Assembly: GCF_963921235.1 (NCBI RefSeq)
Contig: NC_086109.1
Coordinates: 26,352,001-26,416,000 of the forward strand
Direction of reading: 5' to 3'
Origin: Mobula hypostoma
Taxonomy: Eukaryota
DNA: 64,000 bases
Of this stretch, positions 39,760-52,447 are shown one piece after another (within the stretch, counting starts at the first letter, position 1; each line of letters starts with the position of its first letter). The notes below the pieces were generated by a model, which was given only the letters and a program-made list of their open reading frames with translations, did no database searches and was not told the DNA's origin. Both the position numbers and the translations under genes were made by a program.

Positions 39760-40190
39760 TTGTCCCGTAATGCTGTTCAATTCCTGCTGCTGTCAGTAAG
39801 GAGTGCGTACTTTCACCCTGTGACTGCATGGGTCTCCTTTGGGTGCACCAGTTTTCTCCTACGGTCAAAGGACGTACCAATCAGTAGGTTAATTGGTCAC
39901 GTGCGTGTAATGGGGCACCATGGGCTTGTTGGACTGGAAGGGCCAGTTACCATGCTGTATCGCAAAGAAAAGAAAGGATTCTCATCAACGCTCTCAAAAT
40001 TCTACCAATCACATATACGAGGCGATTTACCATGACCAATTAACCTCTTTGTGAAACGGGAGGGATCTGGAGCAACAGAAGGAAATCCATAGAGTGTGCA
40101 AACTTCACCCAGCCAGCGCTGGGGGAAGTCAGGACTGAACCCGGGTAACTGGAGCCACGAGGCAGCAGCTCTACAAGCTGCACCGCTGTG
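39760..40190. mobile_element. Two HE1-like SINE fragments (39760-39965 plus, about 40030-40190 minus)
   Basis: Shared core CAAAGGACGTACC…GGTTAATTGGTCA in opposite orientations. The plus copy ends in a CR1-type tail. Confidence 0.6.
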
Positions 40191-40397
40191 TATCCCCTCT
40201 GCAAGCTGCCGTCAGATAACATACGCCAGCTGTTACCGGCGCTGACCGCCTACAAAAGTGACCCGCCTGCTTTTGAAAAGGTGAACTCCACATGGGATGC
40301 CATTTATGACTTTGATAGCTAGGTATAGTGGCGTGGCGAGGACCTTGCTTGGAGTCACAAGGAAGCTGACGCGTGGGCTTTGGAGAGGAAAGGTAAG

Positions 40398-41040
40398 GTG
40401 TCCGGTGCTCCTGATGCGGCCTTCTCTACATTGGTGAGACCCGTCATAAATCGGAAAACCGAGCGCCTCTGCTCTATCCGCCAAAAGCAGAACTTCCCGG
40501 TGGCCATACATTTTAGTTCTGGTTCTCATTCCCATTCCAACATGTTGATCTATGGCCTCCTCTTGTGCCAAGATGAGGCTATCTTCAGGGTGAAAGAGCA
40601 AAACTTTATATTGCATCTGGGTAGACTCCAACCTGATGGTGTAAATATTGATTTCTCCTTCTGGTAATTTTTTCCCCCTTTCCCCCTCCCCTCTTCCATT
40701 CCCCACCCCTTCTCACCTGCCTATTACTTCCCTCTGGGTTCCTTCCTCCTTCCCTTTCTCCTATGGTCCACTCTCCCCTCCTATCAGTTTCTTTCCTCTC
40801 CAGCCCTTTACCTTTCCCATCCACTTGGTTTCTTCTGTCACTTTCTAGCTCTCTGCCTTCCCCTCCCACATCTTTTTATTTAGGCATCTTCCCCTTTCCT
40901 TTTCAGTCTTGAAGAAGGGTCTCAGCATGAAACATCGACTGTTTACTCTTTTCCATAGATGCTGGTGGACCTGCTGAGTTCCTCCAGCATTTTGTGTGTG
41001 TTGCTTTGGATTTCCAGCATCTGCAGACTTACTTGTGTTC
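40398..41040 (+). mobile_element. Penelope-like element 3' part (GIY-YIG end and terminal repeat)
   Basis: FPVAIHFSSGSHSHSNMLIYGLLLCQDEAIFRVKEQNFILHLGRLQPDGVNIDFS, and a decayed hammerhead at about 40905. Confidence 0.85.
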
Positions 41041-41729
41041 GATGTAACCATATAGAACCATATAACAATTACAGCACAGAAAAAGACCATCTCGGCCCTT
41101 TTAGTCCGTGCCAAACTCCTACACTCACCTAGTCCCACCAGAGGTAAGGTGATGCCTGGTTTATAAATGGGGGAACCAGGTGAAGTGCTTTTTTTAATGA
41201 GAGAATTAAAAAGTGATGATGGAAAATTTGAGAATGAGGGCATTTGAGGCAAGTGGGCTAGAAACACAAGAAAATAAGAGCAGGACTAGACTAATCAGCC
41301 CCTCAAGCCTGGTCTGCTGTTCAATATGATCTAACTAAGGCCTCAACTGTTTCCTTTGCTCTGGGTAGTCTGATAATACAACAAATCAAGAAGAGGAAAT
41401 GATAAATGTTTCATCACTTACCGAGATCATTATAGTTCCACAAACCACTACCATAGTCTTGGAAAGAAGCTCAACCATCTTACTTACTTGGCCCTGTTTT
41501 AGTAAGCACCTTGTTGTCCATTTCGCTTATGCTACCACAAGAATCAAAATGCTGGAAATCTTTCCTGCATGCATAAAACATTTGTATAAAATCCTGATAC
41601 CTGCCCATCAGCTAAAATATCCAAGTATGTAAAGTGATCCTCTTACAACAGATTATTAGAGGGATGATTTGAAGTCCCTGCTTGAGAATGCCCTCCCCGC
41701 TCCCTCTGCTTTCCTCAGGGATTGCTCCC

Positions 41730-42743
41730 TATGTGCTTGTCTTCACCTACCACCCACCAGCCTCCGGGTCCAACATATAATTCTCCGTAACTTCCGCCAC
41801 CTCCAACGGGATCCCACCATTAAGCACATCTTTCCCTCCCCCCCCCCACTTTCCGCAGGGATCGCTCCCTACGCGACTCCCTTGTCCATTCGTCCCCCCC
41901 ATCCCTCCCCGCTGATCTCCCTCCTGGCACTTATCCGTGTAAGCGGAACAAGTACTACACATGCCCTGACACTTCCTCTCTCACTACCATTCAGGGCCCC
42001 AGACAGCCCTTCCAGGTGAGGTGACACTTCACCTGTGAGTCGGCTGGGGTGATATACTGTGTCCAGTGCTCCCGCTGTGGCCTTCTATATATTGGCAAGA
42101 CCCGACGCAGACTGGGAGATCGTTTCGCTGAACACCTATGCTCTGTCAGCCAGAGAAAACTGGATCTTTCAGTGGCCACACATTTTAATTCCACATCCCA
42201 TTCCCATTCCGATATGTCAATCCACGGCCTCCTCTACTGTAAAGATGAAGCCACACTCAGGTTGGAGGAACAACACCTTATATTTCGTCTGGGTAGCCTC
42301 CAACCTGATGGCATGAACATTGACTTCTTAAACTTCTGCTAATGCCCCTCCTCCCCCTCGTACCCCATCCGTTATTTATTTATATGCACACATTCTTTTT
42401 CTCTCTCTCCTTTTTCTCCCTCTTTCCCCCTCACTATACCCCTTGTCCATCCTCTGGGCTTTTTCCCCCCTTCCCCTTTTTCTTTCTCCCTAGGCCTCCT
42501 GTCCCATGATCCTCACATATTCCCTTTGCCAATCAACTGTCCAGCTCTTGGCTCCATCCCTCCCCCTCCTGTCTTCTCCTATCATTTCGGATCTCCCTCT
42601 CCCCCTCCCACTTTCAAATCCCTTACTCACTCTTCATTCAGTTAGTCCTGACGAAGGGTCTCAGCCCGAAACGTCGACCGTACCTCTTCCTAGAGATGCT
42701 GCCTGGTCTGCTGCGTTCACCAGCAACTTTTATGTGTGTTGCA
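41730..42743 (+). mobile_element. Penelope-like element (linker, GIY-YIG endonuclease and terminal repeat)
   Basis: YHPTSLRVQHIILRNFRHLQRDP linker. VIYCVQCSRCGLLYIGKTRRRLGDRFAEH…EEQHLIFRLGSLQPDGMN is the GIY-YIG domain. Confidence 0.92.
42644..42679 (+). ncRNA. Minimal type I hammerhead ribozyme motif, intact core
   Basis: AGTC-CTGACGA-A-GGGT(CTCA)GCCC-GAAA-CGTC-GACC. Predicted GUC cleavage after 42675. Confidence 0.75.
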
Positions 42744-42815
42744 GTAAAATTATCTTTCTCCTATTTGACCAATAACTGGGGCTAATTGTGCAGGTAGTGA
42801 GAAAGTGCATTTGAA

Positions 42816-43020
42816 CACAAGAGATTATGCAGATGCTGGAAATCCAGAGCAACACACAAAACGCCGAAGGAATTCAGCAGCTTAGGCACCATCTTTCCTA
42901 TGGGGAGGGAAAAACACTCGAAGTTTCTAGGCCGAGATCCTCCTTCGGGACCCTTTGTAGGCCTGAAATGTCGACTGTTTATTTCTCTCCACAGATGCTG
43001 CCTGACCTGTTGAATTCCCC
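42816..43020. mobile_element. Older foldback mini Penelope-like insertion
   Basis: Inverted arms and a 13-bp TSD AAGTGCATTTGAA at 42803-42815 and 43021-43033. Confidence 0.75.
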
Positions 43021-44181
43021 AAGTGCATTTGAAGTTGGACTGACTGAGGCTGACCTTCCATGCAGCACTACAGCCAGGTCTTTGGGTTTGACGCTCAGCA
43101 ATGGGGACCGCAATTTTTCCCTTGTCCCCCACCCCCATATAGAACCAAGACACCCCTCCAACCTCCCAAAACCATAACTTAAATCCTGACATGGCAGTGC
43201 CTCGTCTAGATCCACCTGCTGCTGCTAGACTTGATTAGATAGGGTAACACAGGATACTCCATAGCAAAGGTGAAAGGTTAAAATAGCAATTGGAGCCTGA
43301 CTTCTATCTGGTTTGTAACAACTGATAACTTGAAGATGAATCATTGCATGGCTCAGGATTGCACAGCTGGGCCCAGTGTGAACTCTGAGCTGAGGCAGGT
43401 CTGGGGCAGCTGTTCTGCAATCAGGTTTTGGCCTGTTAAATTAATGGGAGGAGCTGATTATTATTGAATGGACTTGTTTCTCAGTGACAGGCAGCCAGAT
43501 TGAGAAATTAAATGATTATCAAGTGGGAAGGCCTGTCACATCGGGTCACAAGGAAGGACTGTGAATCAATTAGGGAGATCTGCTCAACTTATTTTTCAGC
43601 TGAATGTTCTTTTGACAGGCTGGATAGAGAAGTTTAGTGCACTGAAAGATTGGAAAGGCTGGGAGCAGATGAGGTGAAAAGGATGAAGTCAATAAAATTC
43701 AGTATCCTGAGGTGGATATTTGATTGTTAGGCTGAAGGGAAGTAGATAATTTAACATGTAGACAATGGAGAGCTGCCTGTTGCTAAATCTTCCAGTTCTT
43801 GCCTCCCTTCTGCTAATGAGTTTCCTGAGGGCTGAGAAAATGAGCTGGCTGGGATGTGATTTAAAATTGACATTAAATTTCCAGCACACATTCTCATGAT
43901 TGTATTTAATTAATCAGCCCTTCCCACTTACACTGGGGTCATGAGAAATGGTCATCCATTTGTGATGCTGGCTCTGCTCTCTCTCCATTTGAACAATCTG
44001 ACCTGCTGGGTAACTCTCACAGCCTTGCAATTCACAACATCTTTTATCTCATTGTTTGTCTCTAACTGCCTCTAACTGCACCCATGGCAATCCTGGCCGT
44101 GCCCCATCACAGACGTTCTTTCGTCCTATCCATCCCTCTCTCCACTTCCTTGCAATTTAAAATAATTAGTTCTTTCCTTCG

Positions 44182-44355
44182 GTTTAGCATATACTTGAGG
44201 ATGTGGCTCAGCAAAACAAACTCAAAGTATGTGAACCGCAGCACAACTGTCCTCGCAATGAGACAATGTTAATAGATGAGCTAATTTATCTCCTCCTATG
44301 TGGTAATTTACTATGATTCATTTGGACTTGGAAACGTATGTTGTACAGCACTAAT
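44182..44355. repeat. 174-bp direct repeat, copy 1
   Basis: Colinear and highly similar to 45635-45809. It matches no other repeat in the window. Confidence 0.9.
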
Positions 44356-44679
44356 ATTTGAGGTCTTCAAGCTCAAATATTAACTACCTTTCTACCGATG
44401 AATGCTTCCAACGTCTTTTTTTAATTTTTAATACAAAGTTTGTTAGACTCTAGAGAACTTGAATTCCCATCACTTATTCAATGTTCCTGCAATTGATTCA
44501 ATATAATTTGCAAAAAAAAAGGATTTTGAGGAACAATGCAAGGAAGTTTTATGATGAGGATTGCTGGGAGATCCAGATGGTAAAAGCAGATTCAAAACAG
44601 AATTTTAACAGAGTTTGTCAAGTCAGAGAGTTGCACACCAAAATAGACTGTCCATTCAGCAACACCAACCAATCCCTGT

Positions 44680-45625
44680 AGTCCTGTTTACCTGTAGTTT
44701 TTGCCGTGACCTTCTATGCCCTGGCAAATAAAGTGGTTGTCTTAAATGTTGTGAGAGTACCTTCCTCCTCCACTTCCACAGGTAGTGCATGGCAGTTTCC
44801 TCTACTCTCTCTGTGAAAAAATATCTCCCTCAGATCCCCTCGAAACCTTTAACCTCACCTTGTATCTGTGTCCTTTTGTGGTAGACAATCCTGCCAAGGG
44901 AAATAAAAAGATTCTTATAGACGACCCTGCCGATAGAAAAAAGAGATTCTTACTATCTGCTCTATCTATATCACACACAACTTTGTTTAGCTCTGTCTGG
45001 TCTCTCTGTGTTTCCTCTGCTACAGGGGAAATAATCTGCCCTGTCTAATCTCTGCTAACAACTGGAATGCTCTAACCCAGGCAGTATCCTGGTGAATCTC
45101 TTCTGTACTCTCGTCAACATCATCACATCCTTCATGTAGTGTGGCAACTATTTGTAGTGTGGAGGAACTGATGTTCTATAAAGCTCTACATGATATCCCC
45201 CAACTCTTCTTTGCAACAGATGCTAAAGGCAGGTACAGCGTATGCGTTCTTCACCACTGTTTCTATTTTGATGTCACTTTTAAGTTTCCCTAGACATCAT
45301 CACTCCCCTGGGTCCCACCCTATGCCCTACCTTGATTTGACCTTCTAAAATGCATCACTTCACACTTGTCAAGATTAAATCTCACTGCTCCCTTCAGCTC
45401 TCCAGCTGTCAATATTGTGGTATAGCTAAAGACAATCTTCTTTGCCATTTACCACACCATAAACTATCACCTCATCAGCAAGCCTGCTAAATTCACATCA
45501 AATATATCACAATGGGTCCCAATACTGTTCCTTATGGTGTGTCACTCCAATCAGAAAAACAATACTCTACAAATAACTTCTGCCTCATAATACCGAGTTA
45601 ATTTTGGATCCAATTTGCCTTTCAT
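44680..45625 (-). mobile_element. Old CR1 RT and 3' fragment
   Basis: Reverse-strand CR1 landmarks (GGATCCAAAAT for WIQN, CAAGTGTGAAGTGATGCATTTT for KCEVMHF). Confidence 0.65.
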
Positions 45626-45634
45626 CACCTATTA

Positions 45635-45809
45635 GTTTAGCATATACTTGAGGATGCAGCTCAGCAAATTGCACTCAAAGTATGTGAAGCACAGCACAAC
45701 TGTCCTCGCAATGAGACAACGTTAATAGATGAGCTAAATTTATCTCCTCCTGTGTGGTAACTTACTATGATTCATTTGGACTTGGAAACGTATGTTGTAC
45801 AGCATTAAT
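45635..45809. repeat. 175-bp direct repeat, copy 2
   Basis: Colinear with 44182-44355. Confidence 0.9.
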
Positions 45810-46368
45810 CCAAAGTGTATCCAGGCTTAGGGTCGGGAAATCTGTTGGACCCTTGTCCATCTCATTCCTTCTCTGTTGATTATTAATGTGAGAGTGAACA
45901 TTTCAACCAACATACTAAAAACATGGTGAAGCAACGGATATAGGATGGAACTTCGATAAAGCTACACAGATGTATAGTTTCTGATGAGGAAAGAACAACC
46001 CACTGTAAACAGGACTGCATTGCTTTTGTCTCAGTCAGTTTTACCGCAGCTTTAATAGTTATGTTTTGTTTCAAATAACTTGAAGCCTTCCAGGAAAGTC
46101 TGTGCTCATCCAAAAAAATAATATCTGTCCACATAAAATTGCAGATTTTATGGGCTGATTTTTCTTTATTAAGAGAAGAGAATAATAGGATCCACATGTT
46201 GCAAATTCTTCAACCTGTTGATTCAAGCTGTTTTTCATTTTGCAACGCACAACTGAAATGAGGAAGCTGTTTAACAATAATTATGAGTAGAACTCCATAT
46301 GCTAAACTGAGACAAAGTTCACCCACAGGTATTAGTAAACATTGGCAGAGCTACTAAAATGTAAAGTA

Positions 46369-46890
46369 ACACACATCAAAGTTGCTGGTGAACGCAGCAG
46401 GCTAGGCAGCATCTCTAGGAAGAGGTACAGTCGAAGTTTCGGGCCGAGACCCTTCGTCAGGACGAACTGAAGGAAGAGCCAGTAAGAGATTTGAAAGTTG
46501 GAGGGGGAGGGGGAGATCCAAAATGATAGGAGAAGACAGGAGGGGGAGGGATGGAGCCAAGAGCTGGACAGTTGATTGGCAAAAGGGGTATGAGAGGATC
46601 ATGGGACAGGAGGCCTAGGGAGAAAGAAAAGGGGGAAGGAGAGAGAAAGCCTGAAGGATGGGCAAGGGCTATAGTGAGGGGAACAGAGGGAGAAAAAGGA
46701 GAGAGAGAAAAAGAATGTGTGTATATAAATAAATAACGGGTGGGGTACGGGGGGAGGTGGGGCATTAGCGGAAGCTTAAGAAGTCACTGGTCATGCCATC
46801 AGGTTGGAGGCTACCCAGACGGAATATAAGGTGTTGTTCCTCCAACCTGAGTGTGGCTTCATCTTTACAGTAGAGGAGGCCGTGGATAAA
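46369..46890 (-). mobile_element. 5'-truncated Penelope-like element
   Basis: Very similar to 42220-42743 in reverse orientation, with a hammerhead motif at about 46428-46463. Confidence 0.88.
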
Positions 46891-47051
46891 CAACATAAAG
46901 TATTTGCTTATGTGCTTAAAGGAGAGCTATTTACAGAGGTGGTTCAGTATTAAAGGGTATTTTGAGGTTTTGTGTTCCTACACTAAATAGTACATTATTT
47001 ATCATGGTGAACTCATATTAAAATGGTAAATAACTTAAGGTATAATGTAGA

Positions 47052-47392
47052 GACATCCAAGAGGACCACGACCTTGTTGTAGGGTTTGGAAGCTTGCGTG
47101 CCTCAAGGACCTGGAGAGAGCTACGCTGGCTGGAGTCAGGGCATTCTGCTTTGACTCTTGGTAGGGTCACCCATGACAAATAGATGAAAGGATAGAGGCC
47201 AGACTAAGAGTGGTCCACTGGCCCTCCAGGTTCAGGGGTTCAGATTAGGGCTAACAACCCTGACTGGTCAAAAAAATTGCAATGGAAACAGCATTGAAGA
47301 ATCCTTCTATATCTGTGTGTGACAGTATGGACAGACGGAGATGAAGGACCTTCATTGTGCCCTAAGTGCCAACAGTAACAGGCAGTAACTAA
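47052..47392 (+). mobile_element. Non-autonomous RTE-derived element (5' UTR fused to 3' tail)
   Basis: GGTAGGGTCACCCATG…GGCCAGACTAAGAG is a Rex3/Expander-like 5' motif, followed by an RTE-like 3' end. Second copy at 61365-61700 (minus). Confidence 0.65.
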
Positions 47393-47559
47393 TAATGTCG
47401 AATAATATGCACAAAATGCTGGAGGAACTCAGCAGGTGGGGCAGGATGAACAGAAATGAGTAAACAGTTGATGTTTCAGGCCAAGACCTTTCATCTGAGC
47501 TAATTTAAACTTCTTCAGGGTAGGCCTCCTGGAAGAGACTTGGCAGTCAGTAGTCCAAT

Positions 47560-47792
47560 CACAAACAAGAGAAAATCTGCAGACACTGGAAATCTAAGCA
47601 GCACATACAAAATGCTGGTGGAACTCAGCAGGCCAGGCAACATTTATGGAAATGAGAAAACAGTCAATGTTTCGAGCCAATATCCTTCATCAGAACTCAT
47701 GAAGGGTCTTGGCCCGAAACGTCGACTGTTTACTCTTTTCCATAGATGCTGCTTGGCCGGCTAAGTTCTTCCAGCATTTTGTGTGTGCTGCT
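47560..47792. mobile_element. Foldback mini Penelope-like insertion (a further single arm lies at 47405-47497)
   Basis: Inverted arms meet at CTTCATCAGAACTCATGAAG. Confidence 0.8.
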
Positions 47793-48539
47793 CCACAAGA
47801 GAAAGATACAGCAACATTGAAAAAAAATCAAAAGCCTTTCAAAAACATTTAAGCACTAAGTAAACCTAAAATAAATGTCAATAAACACTGAAATATTCCT
47901 GAGAACCTCACAAAACTGAAACTTACTATTCATTTTAGGAAAAAAGTCCTGGAAATATTTAGAAATGTATATTTAAGTTAACAATCCAGCATTCAGGTCT
48001 CACATTGCTGTTCTCTTCCTTTAAGGTAAGGAGGGGAATGTTCCTTCGGTTTCTTCAGACATGATGCAGTAAATAGTAGAAAATGACCTTAAGTTGTCAG
48101 TGTTGCCTACTTTGTGAGAGACAGCCTACAGTACGGCTGATCCACACCTCCACCCACTGAACCCCCACCCCACCACAAGGCACCACCATTATGTCAGAGT
48201 CACCTTACGTACAGACTCTCCTGTGCCTTGCTTTATGGACATGCAATCAATCTATGAATATAAGCTATCTTCTGTATTGTACTTATATGTTTTTATTATT
48301 ATTATGTTCTTTATTTTATTGTGTTTTTTTGTGCTGCATCAGATCCAAAGTAACAGTTATTTTGTTCTCCTTTATACATGCATACTGGAACTGAGGTTAG
48401 CCAATCTTGAAACTTGCATGGTGAGTCTTGCTTCTGAGTTCCTATCTTTATGGAGGCCAGAACTACTATTGTTAATAGTCCTTCAAAGATGCAAATTTGA
48501 ATTTATTTAAATCTTACATCCATCCCATAATGCGAGGGA

Positions 48540-49990
48540 GTAAAAAATAGGCAGAAGCAGTGGAGGGGAATGTGTGGACTAATTGTACCTGGAGTTCCAG
48601 AAGGCATTTGATAAGGTGCTACGAAAGAAGTTAGTGCACAGGAGGAGCTCATGGTATTGGGATAAGTATTAACATGGATTGAAAACTGAAGAAGACAGTT
48701 GACGTAAATGAGTCTGTTTCTGGGTGGAAGGATGTAGCTAGCCAAGTCCCACAAGGATCAGTTTTTGCCCCTCAGTGATGTACTATCTACATTAATGACG
48801 TGGAGGAGGGGACAGAGTGTATTCAAGTTTGCTGATAACACAAACATGCGTGGGAGGCAGACTGCAATGAGGATATTTGGACTCTTCAGCAGGATACAGA
48901 TGGGCTGTGTATAGGCAAAAACTTGGCATATGGAGTTTAATGTATGAAAATGTGAAGTTGTGTACTTTGGTAGGAGGTATCAAAAAATTGACCTAAAGGG
49001 TAAGACACAATAAATGAGTGGAGTAAAGAGAGATTTAAGTATTCTTGTGCATGAAACAAAAGAACTGAGTATGCAAGTGAAGCCAGTGGGTAGAAAGGCA
49101 AATGTCATACTGTATTGGATTAGAACAGCATTGTTGTAATTGTACAGGGTGTTGGTGAGGCTGACCTAAAATACAGGATTTGATCATCTTATTTAATAAA
49201 GGATATACTAATGCTGGAGGCTGTATGGAAGAAACTCCCTCAGCTAACTCCTGGGATGAAAGCATAGTCCTGTCATGTAGAGTTAAAGGAACATTTTGGA
49301 ATTTGAGAGAATGAGGGATGAATATGTATACGGTTCAAAGGGGATATGACGAGCCAAATGTTGAGATGTTTCCTCTTGTGCAAGAGACTGAAACAAGGAA
49401 CATGTGCAGCTGCAAGATGAAAGCTGAGCATTTAAAACTAAGTAGTATAATAATTTCCTCTTGCAAAAGGTGGTAACTCTATGGAGTTCCCTGTAAGACC
49501 ATAAGACATAGGAGCAGAATTGGGCCATTAGGCCCATTGAGTCTGTTCTACCATTCTATCATGGCTGATTTATTATCCTTCATGTAACTTTTGATGCCCT
49601 GACTAACCAAGAACCTATCAATCTTCACTTTAAATATTGTCAGTGACTTGGCCTCCACAGCCATCTGTGGGAATGACTTCCACAGATTTGCCACCCTCTG
49701 GCTAAAGAAATTCATCCTCATCTCCGTTCTAAAGGGATGCTCTATTCTGAGGCTGTGCCCTCTGGTCCTAGACTCGTCCACAATAGAAACACATCCTGGA
49801 GAGCTGTTGAAGTTAGATCTCAGGGAGTATTTAAAGAAAAGGTAGACACACTTTACAAATAGTGAGGTATTGTAGCCTTTGTGGAACTGGCACTGAAGAG
49901 GAATTGAGGCCTGAGATAAGGCTTCAATGAGCCAGGCTTCAGGAGCCAGGCAGTGTCTTCTTGCCCTTTATTTTCCCCTATGTGCTCTTG
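48540..49990 (+). mobile_element. Old CR1 fragment with a younger CR1 3' end inserted in reverse at about 49495-49795
   Basis: FQKAFDK and KFADNT-like remnants. The minus-strand insert reads DESRTRGHSLRI…NFFSQRVANLW. Confidence 0.7.
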
Positions 49991-50097
49991 TGTTCTTGTG
50001 CAAACTCTTGCTTCTCAAACTTCAAGAAGCAATTTCTCTGCCATTATTTTCCAGCAAAGTACAACTGCTTGTTCCTAACCAAACAATCAGTACAAAT

Positions 50098-51348
50098 AGA
50101 ATTTTTTGAGGATGTAACTAGTAGAGTGGATAGGGGAGAACCAGTGGATGTGGTATATTTGGATTTTCAAAAGGCTTTTGACAAGGTCCCACACAGGAGA
50201 TTAGTGTGGAAACTTAAAGCACACGGTGTTGGGGGTAAGGTATTGGTGTGGGTGGAGAATTGGTTAGCAGACAGGAAGCAAAGAGTGGGAATAAACGGGA
50301 CCTTTTCAGAATGGCAGGAGGTGACTAGTGGGGTACCACAAGGCTCAGTGCTGGGACCCCAGTTGTTTACAATATATATTAATGACTTGGATGAGGAAAT
50401 TAAATGCAGTATCTCCAAGTTTGCGGATGACACGAAGCTGGGTGGCAGTGTTAGCAGTGAGGAGGATGCTAAGAGGATGCAGGGTGACTTGGATAGGTTG
50501 GGTGAGTGGGCAAACTCATGGCAGATGCAATTTAATGTGGATAAATGTGAAGTTATCCACTTTGGTGGCAAAAATAGGAAAACAGATTATTATCTGAATG
50601 GTGGCTGATTAGGAAAAGGGGAGGTGCAACGAGACCTGGGTGTCATTATACACCAGTCATTGAAAGTGGGCATGCAGGTACAGCAGGCGGTGAAAAAGGC
50701 GAATGGTATGCTGGCATTTATAGCGAGAGGATTCGAGTACAGGAGCAGGGAGGTACTACTGCAGTTGTACAAGGCCTTGGTGAGACCACACCTGGAGTTT
50801 TGTGTGCAGTTTTGGTCCCCTAATCTGAGGAAAGACATCTTTGCCATAGAGGGAGTACAAAGAAGGTTCACCAGATTGATTCCTGGGATGGCAGGACTTT
50901 CATATGAAGAAAGACTGGATGAACTGGGCTTGTACTCGTTGGAATTTAGAAGATTGAGGGGGGATCTGATTGAAACGTATAAGATCCTAAAGGGATTGGA
51001 CAGGCTAGATGCAGGAAGATTGTTCCCGATGTTGGGGAAGTCCAGAACGAGGGATCACAGTTTGAGGATAGAGGGGAAGCCTTTTAGGACCGAGATTAGG
51101 AAAAACTTCTTCACACAGAGAGTGGTGAATCTGTGGAATTCTCTGCCACAGGAAACTGTTGAGGCCAGTTCATTGGCTATGTTTAAGAGGGAGTTAGATA
51201 TGGCCCTTGTGGCTACAGGGGTCAGGGGGTATGGAGGGAAGGCTGGGGCGGGGTTCTGAGTTGGATGATCAGCCATGATCATAGTAAATGGCAGTGCAGG
51301 CTCGAAGGGCCGAATGGCCTACTCCTGCGCCTATTTTAAATGTTTCTA
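50098..51348 (+). mobile_element. 5'-truncated, well-preserved CR1 (RT to 3' UTR)
   Basis: Continuous ORF2 from EFFEDVTSR to GYGGKAG with a single in-frame TGA at 50606-50608, and an intact 3' UTR. Confidence 0.93.
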
Positions 51349-52447
51349 TAAATCGTGAAGGGTCATTGACATGAAAAATTAACCCTGTTTCTCTCTCCAC
51401 AGATGCTGCCTGACTTGCTGAATAATTCCACCAGTAATTCCAGCAGCAGAGCACTGGCAAGCTGAAGATCAGGACATGATGCACTTCACTTCTGGCCCCT
51501 TACTTCTGGCATGGAATCACATAAGAAAGAAATCTAGCTTTTTTCATTTAAATATGATTGCAGACCCTGTGAAACTGGGAAGTGAAATTGGTAATATTTT
51601 ACTCACTGTAAAATTTTAAAGTATTTATTTTCATTTAGAGTGCAAACATTGTTTTCTTTAATGCTTTTTATAATTCTATCAACTTTCTCTGACTATCAGA
51701 GGCATTTTGTTATCATTTCTCCAGCGCAATCTGGTTGCTTGATCCCAACCATTGTCCTCGAAGTAAACTGTCCAGCAGATGTCACTACAGAGTAATCAGC
51801 ATCCAGCCATCCTCTGTTCCTGCACTGGCTGGGATCAAATTAACCTCCACAGCACAATCGACATGGCATTTGAGACAGAAATTATTGAAAAATGTATAAT
51901 CAGTTCCTCAACCAATGTTTTTGACATGTAAAATGGATAGTCATGTTAAGGTAAATTATTGAAACAGTTCTATTAAATTGCAGAATAAAATTCAACTCAA
52001 TTTGGACTGAATTCAAGCATTCAGGATAATTGAACAGATGGAGATTATGCATGCACATTGTTCGCCAGCTAAATTACAATGATGATGGACTTATTTGTCT
52101 GAATTGATCGCAGCTGCCAACAGAAAAATATGTGATCTTAAAAACGACTGTGGCTTGTCCAAGACTGGTGGTTGCTCTGCCGCCAAATATGATCTTGCAG
52201 GCAGCTCTGCACGTCAGGAGGATGTGTTGTGTTGTCTTTTCTTTCAGCAGGATGAGGCTCCTTAAAAAGGCACGCATTTCCTGTTTGGCCCGGCACCATG
52301 TTTGATGTGTAAACAGAGCCTTTCGAAAGTTTCCTGATTTTGTGCCTCTTATGTGGAAGCTTTCGGTAAAACACACAACTAATTACTGTCACCGGTGAAA
52401 GCAGTCAAGTGGTTTCAGAGGTATTAATGGCATCTTCTCTGAGGATT

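Noticed and set aside
49961..50608. 215-aa RT ORF as an active gene
   Set aside because: It is a 5'-truncated CR1 with a fortuitous upstream frame, an internal stop and no endonuclease.
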